Shown: positions 10,301-19,162 of the stretch, in pieces
Numbering within the stretch: the stretch's first letter is position 1
Layout of the letters: each line of letters starts with the position of its first letter
From: a virus
DNA: 64,000 nucleotides
Virus record (IMG/VR): IMGVR_UViG_3300031519_004866
Strand: one strand, 5' to 3'
Notes under the pieces: generated by a model
What the model was told of the DNA's origin: nothing
The model's input: the letters and a program-made list of their open reading frames with translations, nothing else
Databases searched by the model: none
Made by a program: the position numbers and the translations under genes

Positions 10301-13300
10301 AGTAAATTCATAATTACCTCTACTATCTGTTTCTGACTCAAATTGTAACACACGATAAACATCAGTGTATTCTTGTAAAATCAAACCTGTGGATGGTCTT
10401 GTAGCAACGTTAACAAGTTCACCTGTTAACATAACCTGTGAGTTTGAACGTAATGACATCTTAGTGCCGTTTGGAATAACAGCAAATATTCCGTCAAAGT
10501 TACCAGTTGTGTCGCTGGTTAAGTTAAGTCTAACAACACCTGCAGGTAAGTCGGCAGTTGCAACCGATGTAACTGGGTATCTATAAATTAGGTTTCCGTG
10601 ATTAACTTCAAGTTCTGAATTGTTTAATGGTGTATAATCGTAACCACTAACAAACAAAAACAGTCCGCTTTGTACGTTTGCATACGATGCACTAGGGAAG
10701 TAACATTCAACTGATTGTGCTAGATCATGATACAATGTTGTTGGTGTCGGAACTTCTAATGGATCCGAGCCTTCAGCAACAAGTGCGTAGATACCATGCG
10801 CACTTGACCCACCAACGGATCTAATTTGCGCACCGTTAATTGACATATACGAAGCATAACAGTAATATGTAAACATAGATACTGCTTCTGTTAAACCACC
10901 GTTTGTTGCTAGTAGGCCGTAACCCATATCAGCAACTTGTGTAAAGTCGTTTGATAGCATTGATCTGTTACCAGGCATCAATACTTCATAAATTCTTTCG
11001 TGACTGTGTGTTCCAGACCCTGCTGTAGTTGTGTTAATGTCTACACCACCCGGCGTAGCACTAACTTGGAACGTGTTAGTAGTTATATTTGTACCAGATA
11101 CATAATAATCTTGCCCAACTACTAACGGCGAAGGTAGTGTTCCTGTTGTAGTAAATCTAACAACAGCACCTTCTTGTAGTCTGTGTGCTACTCTTGTAAA
11201 TGTTGCTGGACTTGCTTGTGAAATAGTTGTTACAACAGCACCAGCAGTTCTAGTAAAAGCAGTAGTTTCATCTAAAATAAATGATGCAGATGATCCGTTT
11301 TTATTGTATACAAAATCTCTAACATAGTTAATTCTAAAAACAGTGTCATCAACAATAAACGACGCAGGCAACTGCGGCAGTCTTTCTAATCCTGTAACTT
11401 CAATTCTTGTATTAGATGTTGATGAAGCGTGTTGAAACTGTAAGTTACCAGCAAAGCCGTCAACAAACATACCACCAGCAAATGTTTGCTTGTTAATAGA
11501 TTTACTAAATGATGCAGATTCTTGACAGTACGGTGACTTAGCAAGTATTTGTCCTTCTGGATCAAGCACCATCATAAAGCCGCCATGTCCTTGACCAGTA
11601 ACAGCTCTAATAATGTTAGCATCGTTCATTAAGAACACATCTAGTACATCATTTTCTTTTGGATAGTTAACTGAACCTGAACCGTCCATAACATCTTCAA
11701 TAGCATCAAATAATTCAGCAACTACTCCTTGTGAGCCAGTTTCTGCTATGAATGAAGTATCAATAATTTGTAGTGCAGTAGTAATTGTGCCAGGTAGTGC
11801 AACGTTGGTAAGAACATAGTCAATTGCTGTTTGGGCTCTTTCAAGACCTGCAATTGTTTGAGATAGCTGCGCACCAATAGCAACACGCCCACTCGCACTT
11901 TGATAATATTTTAAACCTGCGGAAATTGTTCTGTTATATCCACCATACTTTATATCAAAGATCATAGCGTCAACAACTAGTCCAACATCACGTTTACATA
12001 GTGCTTGATTATATGTAAATGATTGTGTAAACGGTGCAGTATTTGTAGCAATCTGCTGATTGATCCATTCAACAACTTCGTTTTGGATAAACGATTTGTT
12101 TAATTTAATAAGCGCCGCAGCCTTTGTACGTCCGCCGGCATTATCAATTTTAGGGTATACAGGTGCAGTTGAATCACTTAGATAATGATGACCGTATAAT
12201 TGTGTTGCAACAGTCAACCCGTCAACTACAGGGTCTCTTCTAAACTTCTGGAATGACCAAGGAGAACTCGATGTTCCTGGTCTTGGCTTAATTAATACTC
12301 GTCTAAATTCATCACCAATGATAGCAACGTTCTGCGGTACTTTAAGTGGATAGTTTTCTTGGTATATGCCACTTTCAATAAACAATGAAATTTGTACTTG
12401 GTTAGTAATGTCACCGTATGAAATAGCTTCGTCAATTAAGAATGTACCATACTTAATGTCAACATCAAATATTTCGTTGCCGTTACTATCTAATGCACCT
12501 GAGTGTGCTAGTATCTGTGCTAACGCTCCAGATGTTTCACCTCGTAAGTATAAACCTTCTCTAATGTCTCTAGTTCTAAATGCTACAGGAGTATCTGTTA
12601 ATACATCACCTGTGTAATCTGTACGATATCCGCCGGTTGCTAATAAGAATCTTGGTAAGTCAACTTCAACTGTTGGTACTGTTGTAAAGTTTGAACCTGC
12701 ATCTAAAATGTCAACACTAGTAATAATTCCGCCACTAATAACTGCATTACCAAACGATCCTACAGCCGGAAGTGGTGCGCTTACTCTTACTGATACTAAA
12801 CTATAACCACTACCACCAGCACTAATATCAACCCCATTGACTTTATATGTAATATCAAATGTAGCTCCAAGACCAAATGTACTATCGGAAGTAGTTACAA
12901 CTCCTACAGTTCCTGGTAATACTGTATAATCACCTTGTGCTACTAGTTGAAACGTTGTAATTGCACCTGGAGAAGTTGCTGTTGAAAGCACCTTAATAGT
13001 TGCACTTGTTCCTGTACCACCTGACAGTGTAATAATATCGCCTGCTTGATAGTTTGCCCCAGGAGCATTCATTGTAACTTTGTCAACACTCATTCTAGCA
13101 GTACCAGCAAATCCAGTACCTGAATCAGGTGAAGTATCAATTTGTGATAGTGTTACAATTCCTGAACCGTTATTGTAAGTAAGTTGTTTTTTGTATGGAC
13201 CAATATCGTCTAATGATTCTAAAACAATTTCTTCTGCACGTTTTAGAGCAGCTTCAATTGTTTTGTATGCATAAGCAAGAGCTCTACCTTGTAGTTCTTC

Positions 13301-13975
13301 ACTTACACCTACTCTTTCGTCTTGTCCTGATGTAGCAACATAAAGATTTACACTACTACCAAACGCTGCACCATCAACATATTGTTTTGTTGCAGCAATT
13401 AAGCCGTCATATAGCTCGTCATCTTCTGGCTCTGGGCTTCTGCTTAAAATTAACGGCCCTGTCATAGTACCAAACGCTACGTTTTGGTTGCCTGTAGCAG
13501 GGTCAATAGTACCAACACCTGCTCTTGAAATTTTAGTATCTGCGTATCCTTTAGAAGCAGCCTCATCTGAAGTTACCGGAGTATCTAAGCCTTGAATTCT
13601 GTAGGTGTTACCACCTGATTGTACTGAAAGGTTACCACCTAGTTGTGGTGAAGTATCGCCTGAAATTTCACTAAATTCAGTGGATATAATAATTTGGTTA
13701 GAGTTTGATATATCATCAACTGTGATGCCAAGACCAGCTGTAAGTTGCTTAAACTGTACTCCGTCAGTGGTTGGATTAACCGCTAATATTGCACCTTCTT
13801 GCCCTAAGAATGACTGTGGTGTATCATCAAGAGCAATAAATGTAAGTTTATCACCAAGTCCTAATGAGCTATACAGCTCTTTGAAGTTGTCATTTGTTTT
13901 ACGAAACGAATCTCTAATACTATCGCCGGTACCGTCGTTTCCAATACTACCAATATCTACAATTTTACGTGCCAT
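7319..13975 (-). CDS. Giant tail fibre/virion protein (2218 aa) with C-terminal peptidase G2-like chaperone domain
   Basis: gp9/10-like N-terminus (DIGSIGNDGTGDSIRDSFRKTNDNF), several HGxxxGD/TYYV modules, C-terminal ADLAEYY...GTVL...GRIPVRV.G.I.KGD...GTIIGKALE. Confidence 0.85.
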   Translation of the reverse strand: MARKIVDIGSIGNDGTGDSIRDSFRKTNDNFKELYSSLGLGDKLTFIALDDTPQSFLGQEGAILAVNPTTDGVQFKQLTAGLGITVDDISNSNQIIISTEFSEISGDTSPQLGGNLSVQSGGNTYRIQGLDTPVTSDEAASKGYADTKISRAGVGTIDPATGNQNVAFGTMTGPLILSRSPEPEDDELYDGLIAATKQYVDGAAFGSSVNLYVATSGQDERVGVSEELQGRALAYAYKTIEAALKRAEEIVLESLDDIGPYKKQLTYNNGSGIVTLSQIDTSPDSGTGFAGTARMSVDKVTMNAPGANYQAGDIITLSGGTGTSATIKVLSTATSPGAITTFQLVAQGDYTVLPGTVGVVTTSDSTFGLGATFDITYKVNGVDISAGGSGYSLVSVRVSAPLPAVGSFGNAVISGGIITSVDILDAGSNFTTVPTVEVDLPRFLLATGGYRTDYTGDVLTDTPVAFRTRDIREGLYLRGETSGALAQILAHSGALDSNGNEIFDVDIKYGTFLIDEAISYGDITNQVQISLFIESGIYQENYPLKVPQNVAIIGDEFRRVLIKPRPGTSSSPWSFQKFRRDPVVDGLTVATQLYGHHYLSDSTAPVYPKIDNAGGRTKAAALIKLNKSFIQNEVVEWINQQIATNTAPFTQSFTYNQALCKRDVGLVVDAMIFDIKYGGYNRTISAGLKYYQSASGRVAIGAQLSQTIAGLERAQTAIDYVLTNVALPGTITTALQIIDTSFIAETGSQGVVAELFDAIEDVMDGSGSVNYPKENDVLDVFLMNDANIIRAVTGQGHGGFMMVLDPEGQILAKSPYCQESASFSKSINKQTFAGGMFVDGFAGNLQFQHASSTSNTRIEVTGLERLPQLPASFIVDDTVFRINYVRDFVYNKNGSSASFILDETTAFTRTAGAVVTTISQASPATFTRVAHRLQEGAVVRFTTTGTLPSPLVVGQDYYVSGTNITTNTFQVSATPGGVDINTTTAGSGTHSHERIYEVLMPGNRSMLSNDFTQVADMGYGLLATNGGLTEAVSMFTYYCYASYMSINGAQIRSVGGSSAHGIYALVAEGSDPLEVPTPTTLYHDLAQSVECYFPSASYANVQSGLFLFVSGYDYTPLNNSELEVNHGNLIYRYPVTSVATADLPAGVVRLNLTSDTTGNFDGIFAVIPNGTKMSLRSNSQVMLTGELVNVATRPSTGLILQEYTDVYRVLQFESETDSRGNYEFTATATNPGVFTFKATISTTASSGNVATFSQNHGLVVGDTIVPDGSGGGLTGGTTYHVIDVPAYTSVVLSTSAGGSAVTLSDATPNLKVVVPHKLLYNYRLSFSSSNTLPAGITAGETYWIREENLTATTFEISNIINGAGPVEITNTGTGTHSAIIEGLTRTTLRENYNYIDLTVYKPGEAKAATTQTFTVSVASPGVITKSSHGFSQGDPITLNTTGALPTGLNTSNHYFVHTVLDSNTFTVSVGYPTLAGAVQVDTTGTQTGTHTYHVPTGAVGDSSFAVVAVAPQERSRVAGSTFVWNGEIYVIDTYEDETVTGNPWGRLTLDRPLVDSLTQFEATYSIKSAVRRGSLGARGKLTIRISLTRVTSHDLLEIGTGSYADTNYPTEIYGPPVNAFNPDTETDERTVGRVFYVTTDQFGNFNVGPYFRVDQGTGQVTFSAAIALSNLDGIGFKRGVPVSEFSTDSAFTDNAVDTVPTENATRLYMERRLGTSHSGAPITQANLIPSISGGFMALDGSLSMKSPMSLGNQKIIDIADPTQPTDGVNLRSLTFTNLQEFTVTNLKANDLLVFTGNGNDAINSTVVGDITLDIDSTLGTIDAQIQPGVILNNDINASAAIAQSKLAMANAQTRANATGITQAEKGIVALDNTYFTVTDGWVTITNSTIPKSKLTNVAAKSVIGNNTLAPATPADVTFTTIVDDGGAIKKTQYSSTGFLRRISGSSNTADVDYSIIEATSNSTSSTLIQRDGNADASARIWNATNSFTVSGNTTMAHGTSGTASYTRLYTGSSGSGGLYLQTGSLASDKRNFYDNDYHRFRTQSGVSLAPIETSQVLTTALTTGGNTTAGTITGRWSLTGTTPSESRFEATYAADLAEYYEGDKEYEVGTVLVFGGDKEVTTSNRYADTRVAGVVSDRAAYVMYTACPGLKNLVGLQGRIPVRVVGKINKGDLIVTAAIHGVGIAADGDVRAGTIIGKALETYDSDHIGTIEVAVGRT

Positions 13976-14006
13976 TTATAACCCCAATAAGTCTTTCATC
14001 TACATA

Positions 14007-14012
14007 TATTTA
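14007..14012 (-). promoter_or_regulatory. Putative late promoter (TAAATA) for structural operon
   Basis: GCTAAATA about 30 nt upstream of the 2218-aa gene start, in the only intergenic gap. Confidence 0.5.
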
Positions 14013-14044
14013 GCCAATAATTTTATAAGCCTAATGTAAAAGAG

Positions 14045-14050
14045 TAAATA
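14045..14050 (+). promoter_or_regulatory. Late-type promoter, leaderless (TAAATA-N5-ATG)
   Basis: TAAATA ataac ATG(14056), no SD. Confidence 0.65.
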
Positions 14051-14055
14051 ATAAC

Positions 14056-14343
14056 ATGTTCATAAAGACAGAAAGAATTAATACTCATTACACTCGGCAA
14101 AGCAAATTAGGCAATACTCACGAATATTGTCGAGCTAAAACCATTGTACATTTACAATGCGACAATTGTGATACTGTATTTACCAGAGACCTTAAGAAGA
14201 TTAATAGAACTAGATTAAGCAACAACTATTTTCATGTGTGTAGCAACTGTGATGCCAAAAGATTTGCACAACGAAAAGGTGTAGAGCAAAAGCAAATATG
14301 GGATCTTCCAATATCTCAAGACATCCCAATCTCTAAATTTTAA
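14056..14343 (+). CDS. Zn-ribbon hypothetical protein
   Basis: Two CxxC pairs (CDNC, CSNC). Confidence 0.75.
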   Translation: MFIKTERINTHYTRQSKLGNTHEYCRAKTIVHLQCDNCDTVFTRDLKKINRTRLSNNYFHVCSNCDAKRFAQRKGVEQKQIWDLPISQDIPISKF

Positions 14344-14395
14344 AATTATTTTTAACTAAATATACATGTGAGCGAAAATTATATGGAGAAACAAA

Positions 14396-14563
14396 ATGAA
14401 CCCTATTAATTGGATTAAAGATAGATTAGAAGAAAGAACATCATGGGACGGGACAATTTTAATTGCAGTCGGTGTGATAGTTTTAATAGCAGGACCATTT
14501 GCTAAAATAGCAGCATATGGCGCAATCGGTTATGGTGCATGGACAATTTGGAAAAAAGATTAG
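14396..14563 (+). CDS. Small membrane protein (55 aa), possibly holin-like
   Basis: Below ORF-track cutoff; MNPINWIKDRLEERTSWDGTILIAVGVIVLIAGPFAKIAAYGAIGYGAWTIWKKD; SD GGAG; TAAATA at 14357-14362. Confidence 0.75.
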   Translation: MNPINWIKDRLEERTSWDGTILIAVGVIVLIAGPFAKIAAYGAIGYGAWTIWKKD

Positions 14564-14877
14564 TCTCAATCACACAGTCAGCTATCGACCACATGTCGAC
14601 TCTGATCACTGAACAAGGCCAACCTGTCGTCCGACTTCAAGTCAAGGGCGGCGGGTGCGCCGGATTTCAATACGAATGGAAGATGGAAGATGCTGTTGAA
14701 GCGAATGACGAAGTTATTGACTTACCCAATGGCAAGTTTGCTATTGATGAGTTTAGTGTTATGTATGTCGCTGGCACTGAAGTTGATTTTGTTAAAGAAG
14801 TTTTTGGATCTCAACTTGTAATTAGAAATCCTAATGCAACATCAAGCTGCGGCTGCGGCGAGAGTTTTGCTGCCTAA
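14539..14877 (+). CDS. iscA: Fe-S cluster carrier IscA/ErpA/HesB family
   Basis: GGGCAGFQY and C-terminal CGCGESF; start uncertain (14539 or 14593). Confidence 0.92.
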   Translation: MDNLEKRLVSITQSAIDHMSTLITEQGQPVVRLQVKGGGCAGFQYEWKMEDAVEANDEVIDLPNGKFAIDEFSVMYVAGTEVDFVKEVFGSQLVIRNPNATSSCGCGESFAA

Positions 14878-15891
14878 GTAATGCTCATACAATTTAATAC
14901 TCGCTAAATTCTTACATTTACTTTCACACATAATATCTGCATAGTCTAAGAAACTTAATGCCCAGTCATTAACTTTATCATTAGGATAATAATCACTGTG
15001 CGCTCTTAGTTTACCTTTTTTGTAGCCTTGTTCTAATAGTACAGGCATATCAGGCATAGTGTCATGTGCAAAGCCTTCAGGCAAGTGTTCTGTTCTGCTG
15101 TAGCTGTAATGCATTGCAGGACGTACACCGCGCCAACTATCAACTATGCGTTTAAATCTATCATCGGTGGGTAAAATATATTCACCTTCTCTTGCCCAGT
15201 GATGGTGTATGTCGAGTACAAGTGCGCAGGTATTGGCAAGCTCAAGACTGTCTGCGATTCCCCATTTGTTTTCGTCGTTCTCGATCGTAATAGTGTTTCG
15301 CGCCTCTTGAGAAAGTCTGTTGTTGACTGCATGTTTAATACCGGCTGGACCTTGCCTGCCTGATATATGGACGTTGCACTTGAAGTCTTGGAATGTGCGT
15401 CCATAGCCCATCCAGCGGATGACATCGGTGTGATATTCAAATTCTTCTATGCTCCTCTCTACTATTTCCGGACTATCTGAAGCAAGGACTGTAAATTGGC
15501 CTGGGTGCATGGAGAGTCTAACATCGAGGGCTCTTGCTTGTTTGCCAACGTTTGCAAAGTTTTTCTCACAGTACGCAACAACATCCGGCTTGCGCCAAAA
15601 ATAAGACCACTCATGCTGAGTATACACAGGAAGTACATCACTACCAAGTCTAACCATTCGTAATTCATTTGGTAAACCTCCAACATATGTAATTAGGTTC
15701 ATGTACGATTGTACATTATGAACCATAATATCCCACAACCGTTCTTCAGCAACTTCACGGGTTTGTCTATTAAGCCACTGTACTGTTGTACTTTTTGTAT
15801 TTAGTGGCCGCTGAATTTCTTCTAATACTTTCTTAGTCTGTGTTTGGTCCGGGTGCATGTATTTACATGCGAAGCCTATACGTTTAATCAT
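14842..15891 (-). CDS. uvsE: UV damage endonuclease UvsE/UvdE
   Basis: RIGFAC, RLSMHPGQF.VL.S, NVHISG, TIENDE, LDIHHH, HSDY, MCESKCK motifs. Confidence 0.92.
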   Translation of the reverse strand: MIKRIGFACKYMHPDQTQTKKVLEEIQRPLNTKSTTVQWLNRQTREVAEERLWDIMVHNVQSYMNLITYVGGLPNELRMVRLGSDVLPVYTQHEWSYFWRKPDVVAYCEKNFANVGKQARALDVRLSMHPGQFTVLASDSPEIVERSIEEFEYHTDVIRWMGYGRTFQDFKCNVHISGRQGPAGIKHAVNNRLSQEARNTITIENDENKWGIADSLELANTCALVLDIHHHWAREGEYILPTDDRFKRIVDSWRGVRPAMHYSYSRTEHLPEGFAHDTMPDMPVLLEQGYKKGKLRAHSDYYPNDKVNDWALSFLDYADIMCESKCKNLASIKLYEHYLGSKTLAAAAA

Positions 15892-16588
15892 GTTGTTTTA
15901 ATAATTCCCAAGTGTGTTTCCAGTCTATTACAGTATAACACATTCCTAAATCATTGTCAATGATTTGTCGCTTTAAAGGATAGTCATTTCCTTCTTTGTG
16001 CATAGCATCACCAAAAAAGTGTAGTTCGTCATTAGAATCAAAGTCGCTTAATATTTGACTTTTATCATTGCCACGTGGTGCAATATCAATACCAGTTTCG
16101 CCACCTACAGTTGCTTGTAAATTTGGAAACAAATTATTGAATTCTGATGCAATTTTATTTCGTTCGTTGTGTTCGTTGTCGTAAATAGCATACAGTTTGC
16201 GTTCTTTCATTGTAGCATTACGCCCTACAATACTATAGTTTACCATACCTGTACGATTTTCAATATGTAATCCAGTGCGTAAAGGAAATGTACTTTCGAC
16301 TAACTTTCCATCTAAAAAAGACTTTTCTACTAACGGTAAAACCCAGTCTGAACTTCTAATATTCTTTCCAGCTTCCCAAACATCACTACCGCTACAATTG
16401 TAAACAGTATTAACATTTTCAACAATACTAGTACCAACTTGTTCTACAGTTTTAGGATAGTCACTGCCTGTAACAAGATGTACAGCGTTGTCGTATGTGA
16501 ACTCTAAAAACCAGCGTTGAAAATCAGCATTAATGCGCTGCCTGCTAGGTGTTAGTGTTCCGTCAACATCAAAAATAAATCGTTTCAT
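15884..16588 (-). CDS. HAD-superfamily phosphomannomutase-like enzyme
   Basis: FDVDGTLTP, VTGSD, GG.TGIDI.P.G.DK, FFGD...GNDYP motifs of HAD-type (eukaryote-like) PMM. Confidence 0.85.
   Translation of the reverse strand: MKRFIFDVDGTLTPSRQRINADFQRWFLEFTYDNAVHLVTGSDYPKTVEQVGTSIVENVNTVYNCSGSDVWEAGKNIRSSDWVLPLVEKSFLDGKLVESTFPLRTGLHIENRTGMVNYSIVGRNATMKERKLYAIYDNEHNERNKIASEFNNLFPNLQATVGGETGIDIAPRGNDKSQILSDFDSNDELHFFGDAMHKEGNDYPLKRQIIDNDLGMCYTVIDWKHTWELLKQHD
15932..15960 (-). promoter_or_regulatory. Sigma70-type promoter for uvsE (inside PMM 3' end)
   Basis: TTGACA-N17-TATACT with TG extension. Confidence 0.7.
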
Positions 16589-16707
16589 GGTTCAATTGTA
16601 TAAAATGGGTCCACATAAAATAACATAGTGTACACATCAGACCCGTATAAGATACAAAGTTCTGTTAAAAAAATTATAGCTAAGACTTTTAAAATATTGT
16701 TAAGCAT
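16585..16707 (-). CDS. Small hydrophobic protein (40 aa)
   Basis: MLNNILKVLAIIFLTELCILYGSDVYTMLFYVDPFYTIEP; SD AAGGA; ATGA coupling to PMM. Confidence 0.55.
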   Translation of the reverse strand: MLNNILKVLAIIFLTELCILYGSDVYTMLFYVDPFYTIEP

Positions 16708-16720
16708 AGTAGTTCCTTTT

Positions 16721-17545
16721 TTAAAGTTTAGATTTTGGATATTTCTTTTTGAAGTGCTTAAATAATTTCATTACTCTTTGTACTTTAGCAACTACGTTAT
16801 CTGTTTTAGCAAACTTGTGATGATTAGCAAACACAAATGCATCTTCAACTTCTCGTTCAATATCGCCGCCAGTGTCCACTGTTATTTCGTGTTCGTGTAA
16901 CATTGATCGACTAATTGGGATATACTGTGCTAATGGAGTGCCTGCTTTAACTAATGTCTCGCCTTCAAGTACATGCCAAAACAATTGCACAGGAATGGCA
17001 TGCATATACATTGGATCAATAATTCCGTAAGCAGCCGTAAATCTTGTTTCGTTGTTATACGAAACAGGCATCTGTAATAACAACATGTCATCACTAGCTT
17101 TTACTCTCCAAGGAGTTTCAACTTTAACTGCTGAATTATGATAGGGCTTATTTGTATTCTTAGTGTCATCTGGAATTAATGGTTCTGTCTGCCAAGGCGC
17201 ATGCCAATTAATATAGTACTCGTATCCTTGAATAGTGTAATTGCCACTATTAGGTTTTACAAAGTGAAATGGAACTTCCCAACCAAGGTTTTCAATATCA
17301 GGCCCTGTTTTAATAACAAAGTCTGCTGGCGCTCTAAGAACATATCCTGACTTCATCAACGGTTTGATACCGGGACAATTTTTAGATATTTGATTACCAC
17401 TTTCAGGGCGAACCCTTCTAGTTCCTACATCATTAAATTTACGGTCTGCATTACCTGCAGGCTCAATTGGATATAAGGTAGCAACGTTCTCATCTAGTGA
17501 GTAAAAACGTAACCAACTTTTCTTATTTCGTTTAAAGTTAAACAT
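16721..17545 (-). CDS. Hypothetical protein, possible dUTPase-like beta fold
   Basis: CPGI..LM.SGYVL.AP.DF and GIID...VKAGTPLAQYIP; similar pattern in 52286..53002. Confidence 0.6.
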   Translation of the reverse strand: MFNFKRNKKSWLRFYSLDENVATLYPIEPAGNADRKFNDVGTRRVRPESGNQISKNCPGIKPLMKSGYVLRAPADFVIKTGPDIENLGWEVPFHFVKPNSGNYTIQGYEYYINWHAPWQTEPLIPDDTKNTNKPYHNSAVKVETPWRVKASDDMLLLQMPVSYNNETRFTAAYGIIDPMYMHAIPVQLFWHVLEGETLVKAGTPLAQYIPISRSMLHEHEITVDTGGDIEREVEDAFVFANHHKFAKTDNVVAKVQRVMKLFKHFKKKYPKSKL

Positions 17546-17563
17546 AATATTATATTACTATCT

Positions 17564-18376
17564 TTATTGCCAGTTGTCAACTACAAAACTATCTTTTACT
17601 TGTGCTGGATTTGGATCTCCATGAAACACTGCAATTGAGCAATCTGAATGTGGTTTAATATCGTTTCTAATATCTCTAAAGTTTCGTTGTCCGTCACGCA
17701 TTGTTAATTCATCACGACTGCGTATTTCCCATTTGTAACTTTGTATCCATTCGTCAGGCCAAAATCTAAGTTCTTCCCTACACTGTTGCCAAATCCAATC
17801 TTGGTCACCGTGGAGTTTTTGAGCGTGAGCTGGATTTTCAATAAACCTTTGAAAGATTTTTTGTTGGGTTCTAGCATTCCATGCCATAACTGAACTGTTT
17901 AAATGTTTGTAACCAGGATGGAACTTTCTATTAAAATCTCTAATTCCTATAAAATCATCTAGCCACACATTACAAAATTTATCAATACTCTTGTGTACAA
18001 CAACATCAAGATCCATGTATAATATTCTACCTTCTAATGGTAATGACGGATCAAACATATGTACTTTGTGCCACCAACCTCGAGGATATCCTTTGTTTGG
18101 TATAACAATGTTGTTTACGCCTTCTATAGGTTTTGGATCATCAGTTAAGCAATTGAACGTGTATGGCACATGACAATGTCTTGCAATCATGTTGCGTAGT
18201 TTAATAACATATTCGTGTCCGTACTTGTTACCAAACCTAACACATAAAATGTTTGTTACTGGGCCATTGTCGTTTTGACGGAGTTTATCAGTATTTCTAA
18301 ACTCTTTTTCTAAACGCCTAGCTGCTTTTTGCGCTTTACGTTCTGCCTTAGTAAAGTTGTGGTTTTCTATAGCCAT
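17564..18376 (-). CDS. Glycosyltransferase (GT-A fold, GT8-like)
   Basis: LYMDLDVVV (DxD), NSSVM, GDQDWI, VFHG.PNP. Confidence 0.8.
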   Translation of the reverse strand: MAIENHNFTKAERKAQKAARRLEKEFRNTDKLRQNDNGPVTNILCVRFGNKYGHEYVIKLRNMIARHCHVPYTFNCLTDDPKPIEGVNNIVIPNKGYPRGWWHKVHMFDPSLPLEGRILYMDLDVVVHKSIDKFCNVWLDDFIGIRDFNRKFHPGYKHLNSSVMAWNARTQQKIFQRFIENPAHAQKLHGDQDWIWQQCREELRFWPDEWIQSYKWEIRSRDELTMRDGQRNFRDIRNDIKPHSDCSIAVFHGDPNPAQVKDSFVVDNWQ

Positions 18377-18379
18377 TCA

Positions 18380-19162
18380 TTAGCACTCAGCATGGCGGAC
18401 AATGCTGTCGACCACTGCTTCAAAATCTTTTAAATGTAATGCATTAGGTCCATCGCTAGGTGCGTTGTCTGGATCTTCGTGTACTTCTAAAAAGAAATTC
18501 CTAATACCCAAAGCACTTGCTGCCCGGCATAAGCCAGGAACGTAATCCCTATTGCCACCGCTACTGCTTCCGTTACCACCTGGTTTTTGTACAGAGTGGG
18601 TAACGTCGAATACGATATCAGCACTGATATTGTTAAGCATGTAATCCATACCAGTGAAATCAACGACCAAAGTATTATATCCAAAACTAGTTCCTCTTTC
18701 TGTAATCCAAACCTCTTTGGCACCTTCAGTTTTACTTAGTATATTTTCAATATCCCATGGTGCTAAGAATTGTCCTTTTTTAATATTAACAATTTTATCT
18801 GTAGCACATGCTGCCTGCACTAAATCTGTTTGTCGGCATAAGAACGCTGGAATCTGTAAAGCATCTACAGTGTCGTTAAATCCTTCTGTAATCCAATTGA
18901 TTTGTGGTACTGTATGCACGTCAGTGATTGTCTTTACAAGAAGTCTATCTTTGATAGTTTCAAAATCGTGTAGTGTAGCATTTAATCCAAGTCCACGCTG
19001 ACCGTTAATACTTGATCTATTTGCTTTATCAAAACTAGCTTTAAAGTAATATTCAATACCGTGCTTTTCACATACACGTTTACACTCTTCAGCAATTCTT
19101 AATGATTGCTTTAGTGATTCGTGCTGACACGGACCTGCTATAATTCTCATACCTTCCGTCAT
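18380..19162 (-). CDS. kdsA: KDO8P synthase
   Basis: IAGPCQ, KASFDKANRSS, TDVH, QIPAFLCRQTDL, NIKKGQFLAP, ERG.SFGY, DVTHSVQKPG, EVH.DP..A.SDG; start may be 19150. Confidence 0.96.
   Translation of the reverse strand: MTEGMRIIAGPCQHESLKQSLRIAEECKRVCEKHGIEYYFKASFDKANRSSINGQRGLGLNATLHDFETIKDRLLVKTITDVHTVPQINWITEGFNDTVDALQIPAFLCRQTDLVQAACATDKIVNIKKGQFLAPWDIENILSKTEGAKEVWITERGTSFGYNTLVVDFTGMDYMLNNISADIVFDVTHSVQKPGGNGSSSGGNRDYVPGLCRAASALGIRNFFLEVHEDPDNAPSDGPNALHLKDFEAVVDSIVRHAEC

Noticed and set aside
4451-14039. Numerous plus-strand ORFs (e.g. 4703..5020, 6022..6603, 13605..14039) opposite the fibre genes
   Set aside because: Antisense shadows produced by the Thr/Gly/Val codon pattern of the real genes; no SD or promoter, no motifs
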